Assembly: GCA_000708835.1 (NCBI GenBank)
Contig: DF237120.1
Coordinates: forward strand, 62,001-126,000
Length of the DNA stretch: 64,000 bases
Source: Klebsormidium nitens
Taxonomy: Eukaryota > Plantae > Klebsormidiophyceae
Reading direction: 5' to 3'
This document shows, one piece after another, positions 24,176 to 34,086 of the stretch. The position numbers were made by a program, and so were the translations under genes. Each line of letters starts with the position of its first letter. Positions within the stretch are counted from its first letter, which is position 1. The notes under the pieces are model-generated. The model worked only from the letters and a program-made list of their open reading frames with translations, made no database searches and was not told the origin of the DNA.

Positions 24176-25703
24176 ATGGCCGCCGTAGAAACTGCACAGA
24201 AGCTATACACTGCCTGGCATTCGGGCGACATGCCCACCGTAATGTCGCTGCTGTCAGATGACGTAGTCCTATACGTGTGGAACCCAAGTGCGCCAGGCGC
24301 CAAATCAGGGTGCCCATGTCCGGAGTCTGGAAGAACAAGGACGGCGTGGGACAATACACGAAGGTAGGTACCTCTGTGCCTGGTTGTAGGCGGTGCATCC
24401 TTGTTCGTGTACTTGATTAGCAGGGGGGGAAGGTTTCACATTTGAGCCGTGTATGCTTTTTCTTTCTCCCTTCTACTTATAGCGACTACGGGGCTGATTA
24501 GATTAACAGGAGTACTTCCCTTGCAGGGTTCGAAAAGTCCTTTGCAGAGAAGCTGCCCAAAAGAAAGTAGTCTGAGCAGAAGTGTCAAAAGCATGGGACC
24601 TCTTAAATCGGGGGCTGAGTTGGACAAGCTGGTCTGCTTCGAGTCCACTTTTCAACGACAGTAAAGCGTTTGAAAGCAGCGTCTGTGTCTCCAAGCTAGT
24701 CGCCCGGTTTCGCTATCCTGCTTAAAAGCCGGGATAAATTGACTTCGATTGAACCCCCCGACGCTTATGCTCTTCCATTTAACACTGGACTTTCTCCGTG
24801 TATTGTCATTGCTGCCTTTTCTGTGCTGCCGACTCGCATAAGCTGCTCGTAGTTAGAACCGATATCTGGTCAAGTCATAACAGAGGACCAGCTGCCAACG
24901 TGAGGTCCTTCCAATGCGTTATTTGCATGACCTGATTCTTCGCACCACAACGGAGCGGCCTGATCTTCTGATCTGAAGATCAACCACAACCACGTTCTCA
25001 TTACGCTGCACGCCGAAGTGAATCAAAGTACCCGAAAGGGAATGTACTCTGTTCGACGCTGGTCTGACTTGCCCCTGAACTCGGCCTTGATCGGACCAGG
25101 CCCGGTTTGAGTGAAAGCCTTCTTGCACTGAATGACAGCCACGCTGCGTCAGCCTTCTACTCAGCCTCCGTTCCCTTACTGATCAGAATGAACTGTGCTT
25201 CTGGTCCCGACTCTTCCTATTTCACAAATGCCTGAGCCGGACATATGTGATCAACGTTCAAAATTGCCCTTTCAAGTTTCTGCTCTCAGCTCAAAACGCT
25301 TCTTCTCAGCCAGCCTGAATCATCTTACGGCCACAGGTTATGCACGAGACGATTGACGTCAAGCAATTCGATATCCTGGGTTGGGCCGGCGCGGGCAACG
25401 AATTTTTTGTCAAGACCTTTCTGCTTATTAGCTCAGAATTCTTCGTCTCAGCCAGCCTGGATCATCTTACTACAGGTTATGCACGAGACGATCGACGTCA
25501 AGCGATTCGACATCCTCGGTTGGGCCGGCGCGGGCAACGAGGTTTTCGTTAAGATCTTCGTCGAGGCCACGGTGAAAGCCACCGGGAAGACGTTCAAGAC
25601 CGACATGCTGCACAACTGGACGGTGAATGACGCCGGGCTGTTCTGCCGGTTCGTCGAGTACTGCGACACCGATGCGGTGGTCAAGGCTCACCAGGCGGGT
25701 TAG
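24176..25703 (+). CDS. SnoaL/NTF2-like small protein, 2 exons, with an apparent 1-nt deletion in exon 1
   Basis: Exon 1 is 24176-24363 (188 nt) and exon 2 is 25476-25703. 'AQKLYTAWHSGDMPTVMSLLSDDVV' and 'MLHNWTVNDAGLFCRFVEYCDT' are typical of SnoaL-like proteins. The frame must shift near 24308 to read 'VPMSGVWKNKDGVGQYTK|VMHETIDV'. Confidence 0.75.
25280..25419 (+). repeat. 139-bp tandem duplicate of the SnoaL intron end and the start of exon 2
   Basis: 'ctcagccagcctgaatcatcttac..acag|gttatgcacgagacgattgacgtcaagcaattcgatatcctgggttgggccggcgcgggcaacgaa' (AG ends 25336) matches the real junction (AG ends 25475). Confidence 0.92.
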
Positions 25704-27428
25704 GTTGAAGACGAAAAGGGAATGGGGTTCGGGGAATTAGGCTGAACTCATGCAACGTCGATATGATCTGAGAGGTAGATTCGCGAAGAAGCTGAATGAG
25801 CTCGGCGTTTATACGATTCAAGATGAAAAAGGTCGGCAGCTTTAATTTCCTATATCGGGACGGGTCTTGAAAGGGTTTTGTGACCTCTCAAAGTCTGGAA
25901 GTTTTTATTTTAACGAGCTGGCATCTGCATGTGAAGAAGAGAATGTATCACTCATCTGTGGTTTTCTCGCCGCGGACGGTGTCTTCACGTCACTGCTTTC
26001 AGCTAATTCTGATCAAGCACACCACTGGTCGAGCAAATTATGAATATTGCTAGTAGTATTTTTATATTAGACAAACACACTGCAGGACGATGATGCTGGT
26101 ACGGTCCACTGCGACTTGCGAACTCGGAAGCCTACGAGACGCAGCTACGTGATCGAATGTGTCTTAGCACCAACGAGGAGGGAATTTGACCTTCTTGCTC
26201 AGCCTTGCATAAAGATCCGGCGAATCGCCTGATAGGGATTGGTCATGAATGATATCCTTGGATCCATCTCGGACGATCCATTTGTCTGATCATTGAATCT
26301 GTTCTCCTCAACCTGCACGTCGCGGACACTAAAGCATGCTTCAAGCTCTGTTCGATTTGTAAAGCGAAGAAGCGCGTCCGAGCAATTATATATCTCAGTC
26401 ATGCAAAGTAGCTAGGTCGCGGCGGCGCTGGCCGCGCGCACGGCCGCGGCGGCCCCGGGGCGGCGCCGCGCAACTTCGGAGGCCCGCATAAGCGAGCCGC
26501 GGCGCGGCCGGCGGCCCCAACGCCGGTGTGACAGTGACTACCATGGTACTCAGGCCGCTAGCTTGACCCAGTTGGCGCGACCTTGCATTCCCACCCAACC
26601 CAGCCGGGTACGTCTACCGGGCGCCCCAGGCCCAACCCCCTCTGGCATAGGCTATGCCCCATAAGGTGTCCTGCTTGCCATATGGGATCAGGACAGTCGT
26701 TACCGCCCTGTTGAACACCGTTCCCGTTTACAGCAAATGAATGGCCTTTCATGCATTGCCGGTATTCACATTGCAATCAGATATCCTCATGGCTCCGAGG
26801 CAGTTACGGAAGGATTCCTTCAGCTTGCGATTGAACATGCATATGTCAAGAAGGCATTTTGCATGTTACAAGCGGGAAAGCATTCCCAACACTACAATGA
26901 TCTTTAGCCCCCTCAACAGAGCCTGGCCACTTGTCATCGTTCGTGCCAGGGCATCTCCATGTCCCTTGTCATAGCTAGAAAGCGCAAACCATACCTAACT
27001 TTGGACTTTTTGATCTATCAGCGTGCACCATTGGACTTAGTTTGTGAGAGCTGTTGGCAGCTCTTGCCTTACACCTACTGCAGTGCATAGGCACTTATCT
27101 CCAAAAGTAATAGACAGCTTACCAGCTAAGGTACTAAGTGTACATTGGTCCAACTGTCACAGTAGTTTTCAGCACTGGCAATCTGAACGCGAATGATGTA
27201 CAAGCGCCAAAGAACGGAGACACGTCTTGTCACAGCTGCACCAGTCCAATCGCTTTGTGTTTACCTTGTGCTGATAACTTGCAAAAAATCAGCCCTCCAT
27301 CCCTGATCACCACAGAAAGAGCCCGTACAGTGGCACACACCAGCCTCTCTTTCCACTAGTACCGTTCTATCAAGGACCCCCTCTTTTTACAGATTCAAGC
27401 TCGTGTAACGTGCACCCTGTTATGAACC

Positions 27429-30400
27429 TTACCAAATGTCTTGGAGCTCTGCCTCTTCCCTCCGAAGTTCTACAGACTCTGTGCAAGGCCGAGACAGCCC
27501 AAAGTCTATGACAAAAACTGCCCCCTGTTTAGTAACTAGGAAGTTCTCCGGCTTAACATCCCCGTGCAGAATACCGTGCTCATGGACCTTCCGGAGGGCA
27601 TCAAGGGCCTTTGGCGTGTCTTCCTTCCGCAGCTTCCTCCCGTCGATTTTCTGGAAAATGTTCACGAAAAAGCTCGATCCAAGGAAACCCGATGCAACGA
27701 GCGCGGGGACAACCTTCTCCCAAAGAGGCGCGAGGGAGGTCACGACGGCAGCCTCATTGAGCAGCAGCCTCTTCCCCAGCGCGGAGTGGGCAGTGTCTGT
27801 CGACTTGACTACGACGGGCCTTTCCAATAAACTGCACAATGTAAGAAAGGGCAGCCTTTAGCATTCAGCCGTACATGTCCCTTGCCATGTGCCTCCCCTT
27901 TTCGCTGCAGGAATTCCTCTTTTGAAAGACCCAAGAAACAAAGCCAAAAAGACTCAAGCAACCGAGGCAAACACAACACGGGCAATCTGGCGGCCATGCA
28001 AAAGGGCAGGGAGGCACACAGATTGGACAACTCGGCGAGCTTGTACAAGTCAATCAGCGAACCCAAACGAACGATGCGCCATTGGTTGGGTTGAGACTGT
28101 TAGACACAGGGGTGATTCTCAATCTAGCATCAACCTGTGGCTAGTGGCAGGGCCAGACCGGTGACGATGAAACTGCAATGGAACTGCTTCAGCAAGTAGA
28201 ACAAGAAATGTCTCACTTCTATCCAGCAAAAAACTTTCCAAGGAACAACCAGAATCATTTGCAGAGCCGCCGAATGAAGCAGGACTGAGAAAGGAACTCA
28301 CGTTCCCTCATACACTCTGCCCGCGTGTCCGTCGCAGATGAGGCGCGTCAATTGAACCTCGGCAAGGAAGGACTGGTAGAGCGGCGTGTTTCGTTCCACT
28401 GGCCCCGGATCTGCGTTGCTGAGGTCAGCGCCCTTGCTGTAATGGCCTCCCGTTCCCTTCCCTGCAGCCTGGGAGCGCGTCCCGAAAGCAGGCCCTCTGC
28501 TGTTGCTAGGAGCGCTGCTGGGGCCCGCGCTGGTGCTGCCTTCTGGGATCGGTGCCTGGCGTGCGGCAGTTTCTGTAGCCAGTGCAGCGCCCGCAGCTGC
28601 GAGCAGCCCATCAGTTGAGACTTGACCGAGAAGAACCAGAGTTCCGAACATCATCACCTGCGGGAACAAAAACTGCCTTGTGTCCAACCGACTCACTTAG
28701 TTGCAGATAAGATCCACAATATGATTCCTAGCATTCACTTTCTTCGGACTGGAAGCCGCCAGTCTGGCACGTCCTCTTCCGTTTTCAGGCTCGAAACTAC
28801 CATCTGAAGATACTTTTCCTCAGCGTTTGTCTCTTTGGACTCGGCAGACTCTTGCTGAGTAATCTGTGATAGAAGCGACCGTTGAAAGGACAGTACCTAT
28901 AGAAGGACAGACTCACCATCCGCTGTGTCACCTCAGTTGACATCCATAGGAAGGGCTCAGATATGAACAGCGTGCCTCGGTAGGCTGGGTGGAGGACCAG
29001 TGCGTACAGCACGCTGTCGGCAGTCAAAAACCCAATGATGTGGTTGTCAGCCTCCATATAGCCGGCCTCCTGCACAAATGATGTTTCTTTAAGGACCTGT
29101 TTGAGACCTGTCACCACTTCTGCATCAAAACCTTGATGAAGATAGCTGGAAGCTCGAGAGCAGGACTGAGAGCGGAAGACAGCCAATATTGCTGTGTCTT
29201 GACGCGTCTTAAACTGCCTAACTTAGCTAAAAAGTATCGAGACAATCCGCGTAGACTGACTTGCTTTCGAGACCTGTATAGCCAGGGGGAAGCACGCTGG
29301 AAAGGGCTTTAGCTACGACGGATGCAGATTGCATCAGACAGGTTATACCCACCATGAGTAAAGCGGCAAAGCAGAGGGATTGCAAAGTGCCTACCTGACC
29401 AAGGGCAGACCGAACGGACGTCTTTCTCTGGGTCCCGTTGTACAGTTCCGGCAGATCAGCTGGAGTTTCATTGGGGTCGAACCTGTATGCACGCTGCAAT
29501 CTCTCCAGGTTGACAACCTCACGGTCCTGCTCGGTCACGGTGCTTCGGCCCTGATGGAGGATACAGGGCATTTTGCCCTCCGTGGACCCCTTTCTCCTGT
29601 TCTGGTGATTCTCGTGCAAGATGAAGTCAGGGCGGCCCATGCCGACCACGCCAACTTCCGACGTTCGTTGTTGGTTGGGCTCTTGATGCCACCGATGGTT
29701 GAGCCCAAGGTTGACCATAATGTCATTCAGTGGCGAGAGGACCTTGCATTAAGAAGCATCTTTTGTTCAGGAAAGGTACAACTCCGAGCTACCAATCACG
29801 AAGAAAAAAGTTTCTGGGGACGTGCACAATCCAGATTCCTGCACAAGCAAATGCTGACAATGAGAACAAATCTAGGCAGAATGGCGTCGTGTTCAGACTG
29901 TGCAATGTGCTGAGCACCGATGGACAAGCAATCCTGTGGTCGAGAAAGAGAATGAGCAAGTTTCAGAGGGATCCCCAAGTTAACTCGCCATCAGTTGTTG
30001 GCCAATCGATGCCTTAGCTCAGTTTGTGCAAGATGGTTGCTGATACTAAAACGCCCTCGATAACAAGGCTTCTCTTCATTTTAACTCTTAACTCTTTTCC
30101 CAGGCCATCTTGACCATGACCTTATTCCTGTTCCCCGCTATGATAGTAACAGACTGCAGACAGACTGCAAGGCAGTGCAATTGGAGAAACTTGAGAGCCC
30201 TCCCATGGAACTGCAGACGTAGCTCTTCTTGGAATCAGCGATGCGACAGACAAAATCAAGACTTGAGGGTCTCACCATCTGGAAAAAAGCAGTATTCGAT
30301 GCCGTCTCTGAGAGGAAAGGAAGGGCGGAAATGCGGCTGTCTCCAGAGTAAGGAGCACAGGTGAGTTCGCCAAGCGGGGGCGAGTCCTGCAGCGATTGAA

Positions 30401-31235
30401 ACCACTCAAGGACTAACGGTGCCATGTGCATCTGTACCACCCTGGGCGGAAACCTGGAGACTTCTGTCGTTCCAATGCTCGTGTACGCTCCTTCAGAGAT
30501 AGCGTAGCCGCACCCTGAGGGGCGCTCCAAGATTTGTCGGATGGTCATGGAACCTGCCAATGAGCACGCTGTCAGTTGCATACAGTACGGGCCAAAGAAT
30601 TACGTGAAGGTGGTCGAAAGTAAAGCCTGAGCGCAGCCACGATGCCGCTCCAGCTCTCAAGGAGCTGCACCCAACAGACACGAAATTGCCAAAGCCTGTA
30701 GTAGCTGCTATCAACCCTGACATCACTTGAACCGTTTCATCCTGGGATGTGAGAAGTCTTTGCAGTAAACCCTGACATTACTTGAAACGTTTCATCCTGG
30801 GATGTGAGAAGTCTTTGCAGTAAACCCTAACATTACTTGAAAAATTGCATCCTGGGAGCTGAGAAGTCGTTGCAGTAAACCCTGACATTTAATTCAAACG
30901 TTTCATCCTGGGATCTGAGAAGTGTTTGCAGTAAACACTGACATTTACCTTGAAAGGCTTCATCCTGAGATCTGAAAAGTCTTTGCAGTATTCAAAGCAT
31001 GGAACTCACGTAAGCGGCGCCGCCCCTCGATGCCAACAGGATCCGCTGTCAGGTCAGACATGGTGACATAGCCCTCTGTGTCTGTGGAAATGATCTTGCC
31101 GGTCTGCTTCTCTACTGCAAACGCCAATTCTGTGGCTTCCAGCAGAGTGAGAAGCATCAGCCTACCATTCTGAACAGCCACATCAACAATCCGAGGTTCT
31201 GCCTCCCCCCAGTATTGAACCTGAAAGCGCACCAT
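27429..31235 (-). CDS. Crinkler-like effector: N-terminal header + PD-(D/E)xK (REase-like) nuclease + truncated atypical protein kinase (587 aa, 6 exons)
   Basis: Exons 31235-31010, 30553-30276, 29742-29395, 29069-28917, 28657-28302 and 27831-27429 are all GT-AG, phase-consistent and total 1764 nt. Nuclease-like motifs are 'GRPDFIL..EGKMP', 'ALGQEAGYM..IIGFLT' and 'LFISEPF'. Kinase motifs are 'ICDGHAGRVYEG', 'VVVK', 'LLNEAAV', 'HGDVKPENFL' and 'IDFGLS'. The protein ends shortly after DFG. Confidence 0.82.
30716..30992. repeat. Minisatellite, 5 x ~55-56 bp, in intron 1 of the Crinkler-like gene
   Basis: The unit is approximately 'ctgacattacttgaaacgtttcatcctgggatgtgagaagtctttgcagtaaac', with five adjacent copies. 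Confidence 0.92.
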
Positions 31236-31992
31236 TTTGTCAAAGGATGGATAAAAACACTCGTTTGCAATTCTGTCTTCGCTACTTAGTCTTCGCACAG
31301 AACCCGCAGTTCAAAGCCCGCGGCTGAAGCAGTCTCATTGTAGGCCACACAGTGAAAGCGTGGAAACAATACATTTGGCCGAACATTGTGGCACAGGGAC
31401 CCGAAAAGCGAGCTCTCATCACCTCTGAAGCAATGCACATGAACTGTACGAGTTTGCGTCTTTCGGAAGTCTGTATCTCAATACTCATAACCGCTCACGG
31501 GCTATAACGAGCACAAAGCATCTGGGGCCGTCAATTCTTGCCTGGTCGTCCATCGACGGTGACCAACTCATCGAAGCAAGAGCCAAACCGGGCACTCGCC
31601 GTGCTCGGGGATCCCTCTTGAGGGCATCTCGAATCGACGGTGCACGGAAGGACGGCCTTGACACGGACGGCCGCGATGAAAACCCTGGATTGGGTGGGAT
31701 TGCAGCCTCGCGCCGCCCCAGCTTGACTTGGCAGGAGCGCGCGGCCGCCGGCACGTACGTTGAGGCAGGGTTTCGAGGGTTCGGTCGGAGACAAGGATTC
31801 CATGCCGAGTTGGACATGTGAACAGGCCGCTTTCTACCTCGTCCTCGATCTGTTCTACATTAGAACCAGTTTTTGATGAACCATAGGCCATCCTTGAAAG
31901 TGTCCAACTGGAAATCCAATGACTGCTGCCAGCAGACTTCAAACGATTGCAGCCGCCATCCAGCTCTTCCCTCGCTCTGACTACCTGGCAGA

Positions 31993-34086
31993 ATGGCGAC
32001 TGCTGCTTGTTCAGCGCGTCTCACCAGCTCTCATGGATCGTCTCTGCATTGCCCCCGGAGCAGGCAGCCATCTTTGTCAACAGAATGTCGAGCTGCTCGT
32101 GTGTACAGACGAGCAAGTCATTGTCTAGGCTTTCATAGGCCCTCACAATTGTATCATGCGCCTTCCCGCCAGACGCAATGGCTGTTTGAGCTGCAAAATT
32201 TGTTAAGTTTTGGGTTTATTCGAGGAACCAGCTCTGTCAGTTCAAATACAGAAAACAGCGGGTTGGTTCAGCGCAGAAAGAACTGTGCTTGGAGTGTACC
32301 ATGTAGTAGAAATGCTGTGGCTCGGGCAGAGGCTGCAGCAACTAGAGATGGAGGAAAGCGGAACCCAACGAAAGCACAGCGGCTGCGGGAACTTTTAGAA
32401 GGGCCTGGCATTGTGCAGGGCCCAGCGTGTCATGACGCGCTGAGGTGAGCTGAGGGGCCTATTCTGACACCAATGGAAACAAAAAGAGTCTTCTCATTGC
32501 GATGAGGAATGCTGTTTATGATTGCATTCTTTTTGACGAGGTTTGCTACATGCTCAGCAAGCACCACCATGTTTGAAAACGAACCAGCATGGGATGTGAA
32601 GTGGTTGCAGCGTAAAGCCTCTTTGATGCAGTCTGTCATTTGACCATGTCTCTGTTTGCATGCTTTATTTCTCTGAAGTATGAAGTCAACTAGATCTTAT
32701 GATGGGGCAAGGGCCAGCGCTGCTTTGACCAGTGCGCGGAGTCGTAGGCTGCAACAATCAGACTGAAATTCTACACCAAATTCTCTTAAGGTGACCAGTA
32801 GTAGGTCCTTGGCAGCTTTGGGTTCTCGTGCATGCCCAAGACCAGGTATCACAGAAGTATGTTTCAGAGCCACTTGCTAAGTGGACAGGTCCTGTAGGCG
32901 CCTTCCAGAAAGAGTCAATTGGGGATGAGACGCAGGTCATGACGCGTCAGAAAAAGATACAGCGGCTCTGGCCACTGATTTGTGCGTCGTGGTTCCGAAT
33001 TATGTATGTTCAGGAACCTTTCCTGAAGGGGCTAGTCTTCACAACTGCACATACTTGTTCTTGAGGTCCCCTCCTGAAGTCTACCTAATATTGAGTCCTG
33101 TTGATTATGTGTTAAAATCGCGGATATATTCTGATTTCAGAATGAAGGATTATCGCTCGCTCAGACTTGCTGATTGACACTCGCCGCCCCTTCAAATGCA
33201 TACTAAATCGCATGTGCCCTGCAGCGCGCACCTGATTGAGAGAGCGGGCTTCAAGCTGGCCTTCATGAGTGGGTTTAGCGTCTCCGCAACGCGGCTGGCA
33301 GCGCCTGACGCTGGGCTCATCTCCTATGGGGAGATGGTAGATCAGGTAATCTGCTATCATCAGTGCTCAAAGGGCTGGGTGCTCCGATGCCGTTTGCGTT
33401 TGTCTTTATCTAGTGAAGAGGTGTCCTGGCACAAGCTCCTTCCATGAGGTATATTTGACCAGCGAGGGAAAGATGGAGCAAAGTCAATCAGCTACCAGTC
33501 AGATTGACGAATGAGGGAGCGGCGTCTGCGATAGCGTCTACTGGAATACAATTCAGCTCACATAGTAAGAGACCTTTCAGCGTTAAATGATCTGCTACGT
33601 TTATGCTGCTCGCATCTTCGCTTCAGAATGTCCGCAAGTCGGTTTAACGAGAGATAAGATGCAGGAGGTGGAAGTTACTGTCCTTAAGGTTATTTTTGCG
33701 CCCTGATCAACATGTGTGCAAATTTTTCAAGTCTGCCTTGACGACCTCAGACTCGTGTGGTTCCGAGAAATATATGTGAGAACTCTGCTGTTGCAAGGCC
33801 TGCAGCCTGCTAGCGGTTTCACGATGACTGGAAGCAAAACTCAACCACGCTATGTCCAGCTTGCCTTTCTGTCCTTCCAGGCTGCCATGAGATTGCAAAC
33901 GCCGACTCAGCAGGTCGGATCGAAGACTTTTTTCTGACACTGCTGCAGGCCCGGCTCATTGCGGCGGCAACCAGATTACCGGTGATCGGAGATGGCGACA
34001 CGGGGTATGGGAACGCAATGAACGTGAAGCGGACGGTGGAGGGGTACGCGCGAGTGGGAATGGCGGGGATCCTCATCGAAGATCAG
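31993..34086 (+). CDS. Isocitrate lyase / PEP mutase superfamily protein (petal-death / dimethylmalate-lyase-like) with an organellar transit peptide; only the 5' three exons found
   Basis: Exons 31993-32444, 33225-33345 and 33949-34086 are phase-consistent and give 'LRELLEGPGIVQGPACHDALSAHLIERAGFKLAFMSGFSVSATRLAAPDAGLISYGEMVDQARLIAAATRLPVIGDGDTGYGNAMNVKRTVEGYARVGMAGILIEDQ'. The N-terminus is Ser/Arg/Ala-rich. Confidence 0.85.

Noticed and set aside
26405-26580. Very GC-rich patch as a gene or structured RNA
   Set aside because: No splice-consistent ORF and no recognisable RNA motif. It is too short and low in complexity to call.
32700-33830. Possible junction shadows in lyase introns 1 and 2 (~32705, ~32937, ~33790)
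   Set aside because: Matches are only about 10 nt or heavily gapped and cannot be distinguished from chance by eye, so they are not counted.
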